The position numbers and the translations under genes are program-made. A stretch of DNA of 64,000 bases, from positions 128,001 through 192,000 of the forward strand of contig JBOEGD010000024.1 in NCBI GenBank assembly GCA_050633245.1, given 5' to 3'. The notes beneath the pieces are model-generated. The model was not told the DNA's origin. It saw only the letters and a list, made by a program, of their open reading frames with translations, and searched no databases. This DNA is from Calditrichia bacterium (GTDB lineage Bacteria > Calditrichota > Calditrichia > RBG-13-44-9 > J075). Of the stretch, positions 49,528-59,266 are shown one piece after another. The number at the start of each line of letters is the position of its first letter. Positions within the stretch are counted from its first letter, which is position 1.

Positions 49528-52158
49528 ATGAGACAGATTTTCGCAATACTCTTTATTTCGTTGGGGCTATTTGCGCAGGAAAACTTGCCGATCTTTTCAT
49601 CTGACTTTTCAGAAGATAAATCTGATGGTGAGATTGCCCAAGCGACAGTTGATTACTGGGAATCCTTCTATCAGGAAAATTATTTTGATAAGGGCTACAG
49701 TTTCGAAGATATGGGGGGAACGGGCTACTATCCATTTCGCCGTATGAAGCACTTTTATGATATGCGCAAAAATGAAAACGGTGAAATTCCATTTCTTTCA
49801 CGCTGGAATGCCTATGAGCAAAGCAAGCAGCAGTTGCTGGACAATAAATCTGCTATTCTGACGGCAAGCTGGGAATCTATGGGACCAAATACCATCGATA
49901 CCCTTGCCGGACGTATGCTTGCTCATGCCTTCGATCCGCTCGACAATAAGATTATCTGGGCAGGTTCTGGCTCCGGCGGGCTTTGGAAATCGCTAAACGC
50001 CGGGGAGTCATGGATACCGGTTACCGATCACCTGCCTTCACTTCGCATCTCGGCTATTGCCATCAATCCAAACGACCGTGACATGATTATTATTGGAACC
50101 GGCACTGGAATGGGCAATAGTTTTACGCTGCAGCCTGGAGTTGGAATCCTGAAATCTACTGATGGCGGACTAACCTGGCAGCAAACGTCTTTTACTTATA
50201 TGCAAAGTCAGGGGGTATCTACCTTTAAGATGATCTGGGATAAATCTAATCCGTCGCGTTTGTATGTGGCTGCCACCAATGGCACCTGGATTTCTGACGA
50301 TCAGGGCGATACCTGGCAGCGGACATTCGTGACACGAACAACAGATATTAAGGTAAATAAGCAGTCTCCCAATATTCTCTATATGGCCTCGCAGAACGCC
50401 GGTATTTATCGCAGCACCGATTTTGGCACAACCTGGGGACGTTTAAACTCTGGCTTACCGAATTCTACGCAAATTGGCTTTTCGCGCGTAGCAATATGTG
50501 ATAGCTTTCCAAATGTGCTTTATGCCGGAATTGCCGATGCTACAACCCAGGCGGTAAGAGGACTCTATCGCTCAGATGACGGTGGTGACAGCTGGATGCA
50601 GCTATCAAATGTGCCGAATGTCTACTGCCAGCCCGGCGCGACTACAAGTTGTCAGGGTTGGTTCTCGAATACGCTTGGCGTGTCTCCGGCAGACCCCGAT
50701 CTGATTTTCTTCGGTGGCGTGCAATTCTGGCGCTCAGATGACGGCGGGTCGACGTGGACATGGCATGATTATCTTTCCAATGGCACGGGAACCGGTAACA
50801 TGGGACTTGTTTACGTCGATCAGATGGACATAGGCTTCGACCCGGTCGATCCGCAAACGATCTACGTGTTTAACGATGGTGGAATCCAAAAATCAACAGA
50901 CAACGGGCTTTGGTGGGAACGCATCAACCAGGATCTGGTAACCGCGCAGCTCTATGGCATTGCCAGTTCACAGACCGTTCCAGAGCGAATGATTGGTGGA
51001 TTTCAGGATCATGGTTTGCAGAAGGTTGATGGCCGAGGTGGTAATCTTGCCTGGAAACGCTGGACGACTTTCGATGGCGCTGGTGGCAATATCGATCACC
51101 AAAACTCCGATATCATTTATGGCGTATGGAATCTGGGAACACACTTTAAATCGTTGGATTTTGGAAACAGCGCGTTTCCGATAATGAATGGCATTACTGA
51201 GGGTGGTGTTTGGCTTACACCACAAGTGATGCATCCGGAAGATCCGAAAATACTATATACGGCCAGCACACTAAAAATTTATAAAACGGTTAATGGCGCC
51301 AACTGGACGGCCGTCGCTGCGATACCCAATGTGAATACGATCGCCATAGATCAGGTTAACCCGGATATTATTTATGCACATTCCTATACCGGAACTTCCT
51401 GGACGATTTGGCGCTCCAATGATGCTGGTGCTAACTGGGCGGCTATTAACGATCCAACCATTCCTAGCTGGCGTGTGCGTGATTTAGAAGCCGACCCCTC
51501 GAATGAAGGTATTGTCTATGCAGTGCGTAATAGTGCATTTGCCAATCGCGATCACGTTAAAAAGTCTGTCGACTATGGTAATACCTGGCAGGATATCACG
51601 AATAATCTGCCTGATATTCCAACCAATGCGATTGCGATCAGTCCGTTCAATTCTGACCATCTTTATCTGGCAACCGATCTTGGAATTTATCTCTCGACAA
51701 ACGGTGGTGGCGAATGGCTGGAATACAACGACGGTTTGCCATTGGTATACGCGTCTGACATTCACTACCACCCGGTAGACAGCACACTGCGAATCGCAAC
51801 GCTGGGAAGAGGCGTATGGAAGTCACGCTCGGCGGATGTGACTGTTGGTGTAGCACCGAACCAGCAATCGTCTATTCCGAACCGCTTTAGCATCGAGCAA
51901 AATTACCCAAATCCATTCAACCCCGAGACGGTGGTGAACTACGAATTGTTTGCCTCCGCAGCAGTCCAGGTCGAGGTTTTCAACGAGCTTGGTCAGAGTG
52001 TTGCTTTTTTATATGAGGGAAATAAAGCTGCCGGGCGCCATCAACTTACCTGGGATGGTCGCAATGACATCGGAAATGTTGTTGCCACCGGAAACTATTT
52101 TCTAAGGATAACCGCCGATGGTATTGCCAAAACAATAAAAATGAATTTTGTTAAATAA
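49528..52158 (+). CDS. Secreted BNR/Asp-box (VPS10/sortilin-like) beta-propeller protein with YPNPFNP/FlgD domain
   Basis: Many SxDxGxTW Asp-boxes; GGLWKS; GGFQDHG; ATLGRGVW; QNYPNPFNPET. Confidence 0.9.
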   Translation: MRQIFAILFISLGLFAQENLPIFSSDFSEDKSDGEIAQATVDYWESFYQENYFDKGYSFEDMGGTGYYPFRRMKHFYDMRKNENGEIPFLSRWNAYEQSKQQLLDNKSAILTASWESMGPNTIDTLAGRMLAHAFDPLDNKIIWAGSGSGGLWKSLNAGESWIPVTDHLPSLRISAIAINPNDRDMIIIGTGTGMGNSFTLQPGVGILKSTDGGLTWQQTSFTYMQSQGVSTFKMIWDKSNPSRLYVAATNGTWISDDQGDTWQRTFVTRTTDIKVNKQSPNILYMASQNAGIYRSTDFGTTWGRLNSGLPNSTQIGFSRVAICDSFPNVLYAGIADATTQAVRGLYRSDDGGDSWMQLSNVPNVYCQPGATTSCQGWFSNTLGVSPADPDLIFFGGVQFWRSDDGGSTWTWHDYLSNGTGTGNMGLVYVDQMDIGFDPVDPQTIYVFNDGGIQKSTDNGLWWERINQDLVTAQLYGIASSQTVPERMIGGFQDHGLQKVDGRGGNLAWKRWTTFDGAGGNIDHQNSDIIYGVWNLGTHFKSLDFGNSAFPIMNGITEGGVWLTPQVMHPEDPKILYTASTLKIYKTVNGANWTAVAAIPNVNTIAIDQVNPDIIYAHSYTGTSWTIWRSNDAGANWAAINDPTIPSWRVRDLEADPSNEGIVYAVRNSAFANRDHVKKSVDYGNTWQDITNNLPDIPTNAIAISPFNSDHLYLATDLGIYLSTNGGGEWLEYNDGLPLVYASDIHYHPVDSTLRIATLGRGVWKSRSADVTVGVAPNQQSSIPNRFSIEQNYPNPFNPETVVNYELFASAAVQVEVFNELGQSVAFLYEGNKAAGRHQLTWDGRNDIGNVVATGNYFLRITADGIAKTIKMNFVK

Positions 52159-52160
52159 GG

Positions 52161-52195
52161 TTCAGTAGCACCACAATGTTTGTGGTGCTACTGAA
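52161..52195. terminator. Perfect 16-bp inverted repeat (terminator or REP-like)
   Basis: TTCAGTAGCACCACAA-TGT-TTGTGGTGCTACTGAA directly after the stop; no clear T tract. Confidence 0.65.
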
Positions 52196-52284
52196 GTCAT
52201 CATTGTTCCTCGCTGTATTTTTCCTTACATTTCTAGAATAGCATTCTATTTAGCTTATTGCCTTAACACGTAAGGAGATATTTT

Positions 52285-53073
52285 ATGAAACGCATAATGT
52301 TTTTTTTGCTGATATTAGGCTTCCTGGCTACAGCAAATGGACAAAATGTGGGAGAGCCTGCACCGGACTTCAGCTTTAACACGCTTGAGCACGGACAAAT
52401 CTCGCTTTCTCAATTTCAAGGTAAGGTGATTTATATGTTTATGTTTGGCTTTTCCTGAGGATTTTGCCGCCAGGTTGGTCCAACCACACAAGCATTAAAT
52501 CAGATGTATCAGAACGAAAACTTCCAAGCCATTGGCTTTGATTATTGGAATGGCAGTAGTGCACAGGTGCAGGGATTTAAATCTGCAACCGGCATTACCT
52601 ATCCGTTGGCGATGTTAGCAGGCAGTATGTCATCACTTTACGCAATTACCTACGATCGCAATCTTATCGTCGATCAGGCCGGGCTTATTTTTTATAAGGG
52701 CACCGGGGTAGCAAGCGGAGACATCAACGATGTTTTTGGCATGGTCGAGATGTTGCTAAGCCCTACTGGTATCGGTGACGACGAAGAAGTCGCAGAGTCT
52801 TATGTATTGCGCCAAAACTATCCGAATCCGTTTAACCCTACCACACAAATTTCATTTACGCTCCCGGCAGTTGAAAATGTGAGTATCCGCATTTATGATG
52901 TTTCCGGGAAGCTCGTTCGCACATTACTTTCAGGGCAGATGAATGCCGGAACGCATGAGCTCTACTGGAATGGCCGTTCCGATGCGGGTGAAGATGTAAG
53001 CTCGGGTGTTTATCTATATCGAATGGATACCGAGAGTTTCAGCGAGTCCCGCAAGATGATCCTGAATCGCTAA
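52285..53073 (+). CDS. Candidate selenoprotein: secreted TlpA/AhpC-TSA-like redoxin with UxxC motif and YPNPFNP/FlgD C-terminal domain (262 aa)
   Basis: TAAGGAG RBS; ATG 52285; MKRIMFFLLILGFLATANG signal; VGEPAPDFSFNTL...ISLSQFQGKVIYMFMFGFS-TGA(52456-52458)-GFC, in frame with the tracked ORF 52504-53073. Confidence 0.85.
52459..52497 (+). promoter_or_regulatory. Candidate bacterial SECIS element
   Basis: GGTTG-GTC-CAACC hairpin (52473-52485) with GU in the apical loop about 19 nt after the UGA; possible lower TGC/GCA pairing. Confidence 0.6.
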
Positions 53074-53096
53074 AGATAGAGCTGGTATTATTCGCA

Positions 53097-53122
53097 ACGC
53101 AGTGCTTTCTTAAGCACTGCGT
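53097..53122 (+). terminator. Stem-loop after the redoxin gene
   Basis: ACGCAGTGCTT/AAGCACTGCGT 11-bp stem; weak T tract. Confidence 0.6.
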
Positions 53123-53182
53123 CGTTCCTCAGATACCCAAAATCAATCATATCATTTAAATTTCGCCAATTTCTGCCCTAAA

Positions 53183-53229
53183 TTCACATCTTTGGGGTAT
53201 ATACTTCCCTATATCTACAGCCTAACTTT
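53183..53229 (+). promoter_or_regulatory. Shared upstream box plus TAnnTTT element (copy 3)
   Basis: TTCACATCTTTGGGGTATAT; TAACTTT at 53223, 39 bp after T53184. Confidence 0.6.
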
Positions 53230-53264
53230 TCCCTAGACATTAATACTTCAATCAGGAAAATACC

Positions 53265-55853
53265 ATGCGCCTCATTATCGCTGTGATTCTATCCATGCTG
53301 TTTCTTATGCTTTATCTTTTCACGGGGCAGGAAACTACGCCCTCAGAAGATAAAATTTCCGGAGCCTATCAGGCCTTGAATATGCTTGGTGCACAGCGAA
53401 CCTACCCGTTTCAACAGCTTCCTGAGAATGCACATTATGCTGCTTTTGAACAAGCAAAGGCGCTGCGTGCATCGAAAAATAAAACGCTGCATAACGATTC
53501 CGAATGGAACGACATCGGTCCTAAAAATCTTGGTGGTCGCACCCTCACCGTAGCGCTGAACCCGCAGAATCCGTCCACGGTTTATGCTGGTTCAGCGAGC
53601 GGCGGCCTCTGGCGAAGCTATTCAGAAGGAAGAGGCGTTGATGCCTGGGAATATGTATCTACCGGATTTCCTACCCTGGCCGTTAGCTCAATAACGTTTG
53701 CTCCCGGGGATTCTTCGACAATGTATCTCGGTACAGGTGAGGTCTACAATTATAGTGCTGCGGGAACCGGCGCTGCTTACCGCTCAACGCGCGGTAGTTA
53801 TGGTATCGGTATTTTGAAATCAACCGACGGCGGCGCAACCTGGGCCAAAAGCTTAGACTGGAGTTATAATCAGCAGCATGGTGTTTGGGCAATTAAGGTG
53901 AATCCACTTAATCCCAATACCGTTTGGGCTGCTACCACAGAAGGTGTCTATAAGTCGACCGATGCCGGTACTAACTGGAATCATGTTCTGGACGTTATAA
54001 TGGCGACCGATCTGCAAATTAGTCCGGTTGATACCAATATCGTGTTTGCGGGCTGCGGAAACTTCGCCTCTATCGGCCACGGTGTTTACCGCAGCACTGA
54101 TAGTGGAACCAATTGGGATAAATTATCTGAGGGCTTACCTGCCACATTCAATGGCAAGATTTTATTGGACATGACGAACCTGCCGCTTGGCAATACCCTG
54201 TATGCCAGTATTGGAAACGGCTTTTCATTCAGCGATGGCTTTAGCTGGCTGTGCAGCAGTGTTGATAATGGTGAGAACTGGACAATTGAAACGACACTCG
54301 ATTATTCCAAATGGCAGGGATGGTACTCGCATGATGTTGCGGTAAATCCCACCAATCCACAGGAAGTATTTACCGTTGGAATTGAGATTTATAAGTCCAC
54401 CAATGGCGGAAGTAATCTCGCTATAAAATCGACGAATGGAACATTCTCAGGCAGAGTTCCGCCGGAAGGTCCGGAAGGCCCGGCGACCTATTCGCATCCC
54501 GATCACCATGAGGTTGTGTATCATCCAACTGATTCGAATATTTTATATTTCGCCAATGATGGTGGTGTATTTCGCACTATTGATGGTGGCGAAACATTTG
54601 AAAGTTGCAACGGCGGCCTTCAAACCAGTCAGTTTTACGGTGGTTTTTCCAGCGCGGTAACCGATTCCCAGCGGGCGATTGGGGGCTTTCAGGATAACTC
54701 TACAGCAATCTACGATGGTCAGGATGCCTGGCTTGTCCGCTTAATAGGCGGTGACGGTGGTTGGGCAGCAATTGATCAGACTAATGCACAGGTTATGTAT
54801 GGTTCCTCTCAGTTCCTGAACGTCTCTAAATCGACCAATGGGGGGCAATTTTTCTTTAACGTCGGCGTACCTGGGAACAACAACCCAACCGTTTTTATTG
54901 CGCCATTTGTATTAGCGCCGCAAAATCCACAGATCATCTACGCTGCAAGAAACATCGTGTATCAGTCTGAAGATGGTGGCAGCAGCTGGAATTCGCTAAA
55001 CAACGGCCTTCCAATTGACGGCAATCCAGTTTTGGCAATGGATGTTTCCGCGTCGAACAGTGATGTGGTTTATGTGGCGACTGTGCCATTTAATCGAGCT
55101 CGTGGCGTGCATCGTACGCTGGATGGTGGAAATACCTGGACTGAGATTACCGGCAATCTACCGGATCGCTTTCCGGGAGATATTGCAATCGATCCGACAG
55201 ACCCCGCAACTGTTTACATTACGTTCTCTGGGTTTGGAACGGACCATGTATATAAGTCAAATGACTCTGGTAGCAGCTGGACCGCTATTGGGCAGGTTTT
55301 ACCCGATGTGCCCACGAGTGCAGTAATCGTTGACCCACTGTATCCTGAGCATGTTTATGTCGGTAATGACATCGGAGTGTTTGCATCAACCGATGGTGGT
55401 ATCACCTGGAGCGACTATAGCGATGCATTGCCGGATGCGGTGATGGTCTTCGACTTGGCAATCTCTCCTCTGAATCGCAAGCTGCGGATCGGCACTCATG
55501 GAAATGGTGCCTATGAGAGACCCTTGATCGACGGCTCTGTTGGAGTAGAGCCATCACCATCAAACGTGACCGAGGCATTTACTCTTTATCAGAATTACCC
55601 AAATCCGTTCAACCCGGAAACGACCATAGCATTCGAACTGAGCCAGCGAGAGGCAGTTACCCTGCGGATATTCAATAGTTTGGGACAAGAGGTTCGCACG
55701 CTGATAGAAAATAATGTTCGCAATGCCGGTCGACATGAGGTCAGTTGGAATGGCCGAAATAACTCCGGTGAGCGGGTCGCCAGTGGCGTGTATCTTTATC
55801 AGCTAAAGGCTGGTTCGGCGGCCACGTCCCGCCGAATGATCCTTTCGCAATAG
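53265..55853 (+). CDS. Secreted BNR/Asp-box beta-propeller protein with YPNPFNP/FlgD domain (paralog of 49528)
   Basis: GPKNLGGRT, GGLWRS, GILKSTDGGATW, HPDHH, NDGG, GGFQDN, GTHGNG; QNYPNPFNPET. Confidence 0.9.
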   Translation: MRLIIAVILSMLFLMLYLFTGQETTPSEDKISGAYQALNMLGAQRTYPFQQLPENAHYAAFEQAKALRASKNKTLHNDSEWNDIGPKNLGGRTLTVALNPQNPSTVYAGSASGGLWRSYSEGRGVDAWEYVSTGFPTLAVSSITFAPGDSSTMYLGTGEVYNYSAAGTGAAYRSTRGSYGIGILKSTDGGATWAKSLDWSYNQQHGVWAIKVNPLNPNTVWAATTEGVYKSTDAGTNWNHVLDVIMATDLQISPVDTNIVFAGCGNFASIGHGVYRSTDSGTNWDKLSEGLPATFNGKILLDMTNLPLGNTLYASIGNGFSFSDGFSWLCSSVDNGENWTIETTLDYSKWQGWYSHDVAVNPTNPQEVFTVGIEIYKSTNGGSNLAIKSTNGTFSGRVPPEGPEGPATYSHPDHHEVVYHPTDSNILYFANDGGVFRTIDGGETFESCNGGLQTSQFYGGFSSAVTDSQRAIGGFQDNSTAIYDGQDAWLVRLIGGDGGWAAIDQTNAQVMYGSSQFLNVSKSTNGGQFFFNVGVPGNNNPTVFIAPFVLAPQNPQIIYAARNIVYQSEDGGSSWNSLNNGLPIDGNPVLAMDVSASNSDVVYVATVPFNRARGVHRTLDGGNTWTEITGNLPDRFPGDIAIDPTDPATVYITFSGFGTDHVYKSNDSGSSWTAIGQVLPDVPTSAVIVDPLYPEHVYVGNDIGVFASTDGGITWSDYSDALPDAVMVFDLAISPLNRKLRIGTHGNGAYERPLIDGSVGVEPSPSNVTEAFTLYQNYPNPFNPETTIAFELSQREAVTLRIFNSLGQEVRTLIENNVRNAGRHEVSWNGRNNSGERVASGVYLYQLKAGSAATSRRMILSQ

Positions 55854-55974
55854 TATTTACCCCTATCACACCCACGCGATAGTGCGGGGGATGGGCAATT
55901 GCCTGTTCCCCGTGCTTTTTTTACCTCGAGACATCCATTACCGTTTTCACTTCTAAAGCAGCACCGATCGATAT

Positions 55975-57081
55975 CTACCCCGTACACTTTCTTATTATCC
56001 ATTCTAACGGACCCCGTTTAAACTGCTCCTGCCAATGGTAAGAAAATAAAACGACAAGTAAGCAAAATAAACTTGAAGCGATTACCGAGCTTAGAACAGA
56101 CGAGCTCTCCAGCAGACCAAAAGTTTCTAGCGCTCCCATCCCGATGATGACATGAGCAAAATAATTCGTTAGCGCCAGCTGCCCGGTTGAAATCAATGCC
56201 TTTACCCATCTGGTTTCGGTGATGTTCTCTGTAAGGATAATACTGAGTAGAATAAGGATAACGGCGGTTCCACCAGCAGACAATATGTAAAGAGGCATTG
56301 GCGGCATCGGTGCCGTTCCAAAAAGAGCCACAATTATCTCGTAGACTTGCTGGTCCGCATTAGCAGATAAGGACCTGATTAGCTGATGAGATGTGAATTC
56401 TGTTATTGCAACGACCGTCAGGCTGATGAGGAATAGGCGCCTTCGGAAAAGCTTGTTGCGGATGTCTTGCCTCCCCAGCCACATTCCGAAAATCATAAAA
56501 GACGTCCAGGGAATAACCGGGTGAAACCCATTAAAGAACATATGGCGAACCATTCCGGGAAGCGTCCAAAAGTTTTGATACTCAAGTGTCGCCCAATTCC
56601 AACCCGTTTCATAATCGAATAACAGCATCAATACCACAAAGCCAAGCGTGAACCCCGCTGCTATCCAGAGCAAGCGGCGATTGGAAACCGTAAGCAAGAA
56701 GGCACAAACAGCAATGTATAAACCGTAGAAGTGAAGAATGTCCGCTGGCCAGATTGGTGTGTAGAGCAGGCCAACGACAAATAGAAAAAGAGCTCTTTTT
56801 AACAGCAGGAAACGCGTATGCCTTAGTGCTGTGGTATCTGAGGCATTATAAGCCCTGCGAGAAATTAAGGATAGTCCGACTCCGGCAAGAATAACAAAGG
56901 TTGCTGCGGCCCTGCCTTCGAGCAAGCTGAGGCACCAAGCTATCCATCCTGAATGTGCTTCATAGCCAGTCATGACCAACTTGAAATTAACGAAGATCAT
57001 TCCAAATACTGCCAGTGCACGTGCAACATCGTAGCCGACTATGCGAGAGCTGCCTTTCTGTGAAAGGGATGGTTGAGACAT
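55975..57081 (-). CDS. DUF418 / HGSNAT-like membrane protein
   Basis: RIVGYDVARALAVFGM, EGRAAATF, DILHFYG, GQLALTNY, RGPLEW. Confidence 0.85.
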   Translation of the reverse strand: MSQPSLSQKGSSRIVGYDVARALAVFGMIFVNFKLVMTGYEAHSGWIAWCLSLLEGRAAATFVILAGVGLSLISRRAYNASDTTALRHTRFLLLKRALFLFVVGLLYTPIWPADILHFYGLYIAVCAFLLTVSNRRLLWIAAGFTLGFVVLMLLFDYETGWNWATLEYQNFWTLPGMVRHMFFNGFHPVIPWTSFMIFGMWLGRQDIRNKLFRRRLFLISLTVVAITEFTSHQLIRSLSANADQQVYEIIVALFGTAPMPPMPLYILSAGGTAVILILLSIILTENITETRWVKALISTGQLALTNYFAHVIIGMGALETFGLLESSSVLSSVIASSLFCLLVVLFSYHWQEQFKRGPLEWIIRKCTG

Positions 57082-57088
57082 TGTGTAT

Positions 57089-57853
57089 TTACCTCCCGCT
57101 TTCTACTGCGTCAAAAGAGAAGTAGTTACTTAAGGATATTTCGGTTGTTACTTTGCCGCGAAAGGTGAAGAACGGGAACAGCTTCGTTTTGATCTTCATC
57201 TTGTATAGAATTCGCTGTGCATACCAACTGGATGAGTCGCATTTGTAAAAGATTGTGCTTTCTATTTTGCTGATTTTGGTCTTGTCTTCGGTAAACGACT
57301 CGTTTGTGTGAAACTGGATTTTTACCGGAATACCGGAATTTTTAGCTAACCAGGCCGTACCATACCATTCGATACCTTCGGAGATCTGGCGATACTCGTA
57401 TACAACGCATTCGATGCCATCAATGGTCTGGTGTTCGGGTAAACGTACCGTGATGATATTCGCCTGTAGTGCTTGCCGAAATGGGATTTCCGGTTCATCA
57501 CTCTGCAAATATTGCTGTAGCACGGTGTCGTTGCCAGGGGGCTTTTGCGCTGCCTGAGTGACGTCCTCTTCGTTAGATCTACTCACCACTAGCTTGGCGT
57601 TCAGCATTCCGTTTTGCTGTAAGTAAAACTGAATTTGCCTTTCGTTATGTTCTTCAACTTTATCATTCATGTCTGTTACCAGCTCATTCTCAATTAGCAA
57701 GCCGGGCACCCACTGTAGATTTGCCGCATCGATTGCTACAGCTTTTTGCCATAGCGTGTCGGATTGCGATTGAGCGAGCAGCTGGTTTATGGGGGCCAAC
57801 AGCATAAAGATAGCGCAGGTTGCTGCTGGCAACTGTGTCCATTTTCTGTTCAT
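57089..57853 (-). CDS. Hypothetical exported protein
   Basis: Signal peptide; 254-aa ORF co-oriented with the AraC and DUF418 genes. Confidence 0.7.
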   Translation of the reverse strand: MNRKWTQLPAATCAIFMLLAPINQLLAQSQSDTLWQKAVAIDAANLQWVPGLLIENELVTDMNDKVEEHNERQIQFYLQQNGMLNAKLVVSRSNEEDVTQAAQKPPGNDTVLQQYLQSDEPEIPFRQALQANIITVRLPEHQTIDGIECVVYEYRQISEGIEWYGTAWLAKNSGIPVKIQFHTNESFTEDKTKISKIESTIFYKCDSSSWYAQRILYKMKIKTKLFPFFTFRGKVTTEISLSNYFSFDAVESGR

Positions 57854-57961
57854 CTTGAGGATCTCCTCTTCGGGTTATCTTGCACTGTTTAACACAATGA
57901 ACCACTTTTCGAGCTGGAGATCGCCCATGCCTATAGGATGGGAAGTGTTTTTGTAGAAAAA

Positions 57962-59128
57962 TCAGACGTTTTGTCGACGAAACTGGGAGGGAGTTAATCC
58001 GGTGGTTTCTTTGAAGACTTTATTGAAGGCAGATTTAGAGCTAAAACCGGCTTCAAAGGCGATTGCGAGCAGCGTTAGGTGCTGATGCTCAGTACTTATC
58101 AATAAGCGCTGAGCTTCCTTAACGCGATAGCCATTTACAAAATCGAAGAAGCTCATGTTTAGCTTTGAGTTTAAGATTTGCGAGAGGTGGTTTGTTGATA
58201 TGGATAAGCGTTGAGCGAGGTCCTGCAGCTTAAGCCCGTTTTCCAAATACAGCTTTTTTCCTTCCATTAAAACCTGGAGTTCTTCAGATAGTTGCTCTGC
58301 GGAATCATTGCTTAGGGATGACTTCGCATATTTGGACATTTCCTTCTTCTCAGGATCTGACGTGAGATTTATTTGTTGATCGTCTTCTCTAAAAACGGAG
58401 GATTGTCTGAGACCCATATAGCCGACTCCATAAAACAGCACAGCGATGAAGACATAGTGAAACACAAAAGAGGCCTCTATATCGGCATCAGACGCATCTG
58501 CGACAATAAAAAAAAGAATGAAAAGCTGAGCCGCAAATAAAAACAGCGTTGCGGTCAGCAGACCTTTTAACCAGTTAAGGTTAATTTGGGAGATATCGGA
58601 AAACTCGTCTTTAATCTTTTGCCCGTGTTTTTGGACGACCCGAACAGAAAGCACTACCAGCGCCAGATTGTAGATCATTTCCAGCAGCCAAATGAACAGA
58701 TATTCGATTGCTGCTTCATCACTGAGGTTTAGCTGTTGATACGCATTAATCTTTGATTCTGCAGACTGAATATAAAATGGTAGCCAGAGAATAAGCTCCA
58801 AAGCGAAGGGTAAGAAGGTGAGCAGTAGTAAGGGAGAAAAAGTATAATCCCGTGATGTTAAGGTTTTGGTATATAGGAATAGCAGTGGCCCATATAATAG
58901 ATAAAGAGGTTCGGCTAATGAAATAAGATGAGGAACCTGAAAAATATAGCCGCTCAGATAGAGAAAGCTAAGCAAAATATCCAGCGAAACGGCAAAGATT
59001 AAAGCGGCAAGAATTCTGTTTGCAAAGCTGTTGCCTGTTTTATGTAAAAAGAGGAAGGTCGTTAGTACAAATCCTTGAATTGCGCCGATCAGAACCAGCG
59101 TATGCCAGATTGTTAGAGATGTTTCCAT
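57962..59128 (-). CDS. Membrane-anchored AraC-family regulator
   Basis: Multiple N-terminal TM helices with YGPLLFLY; C-terminal LSQILN...FFDFVNGYRV...IAFEAGFSSKSAFNKVFK...TPSQF. Confidence 0.93.
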   Translation of the reverse strand: METSLTIWHTLVLIGAIQGFVLTTFLFLHKTGNSFANRILAALIFAVSLDILLSFLYLSGYIFQVPHLISLAEPLYLLYGPLLFLYTKTLTSRDYTFSPLLLLTFLPFALELILWLPFYIQSAESKINAYQQLNLSDEAAIEYLFIWLLEMIYNLALVVLSVRVVQKHGQKIKDEFSDISQINLNWLKGLLTATLFLFAAQLFILFFIVADASDADIEASFVFHYVFIAVLFYGVGYMGLRQSSVFREDDQQINLTSDPEKKEMSKYAKSSLSNDSAEQLSEELQVLMEGKKLYLENGLKLQDLAQRLSISTNHLSQILNSKLNMSFFDFVNGYRVKEAQRLLISTEHQHLTLLAIAFEAGFSSKSAFNKVFKETTGLTPSQFRRQNV

Positions 59129-59266
59129 ATGGTCTAAGACTTTGGGCTAATAATTCGTAAACAGCTTTCGCAGAAGCCGATGGTTTTTTAACTAATTAAT
59201 TCGTACACATTCGGATTTCAAAATCGTATAATTTAAATATGTCATCTAACCAGAAAGAGATTGGCT

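Noticed and set aside
52456-52458. Genome-wide UGA reassignment (code 4 or 25)
   Set aside because: TGA terminates apparently complete genes elsewhere (e.g. 40946, 60516, and the araC and HAD genes), and other long genes are intact under code 11.
52504-53073. 189-aa ORF as the complete gene
   Set aside because: No RBS or signal peptide, and it starts mid-fold; the upstream in-frame ATG 52285 with RBS explains it better.
55864-55882. ATCACACCCACGCGATAG as a fourth copy of the shared box
   Set aside because: Half-site spacing is 2 nt shorter, it lies between convergent gene ends, and it would drive no gene.
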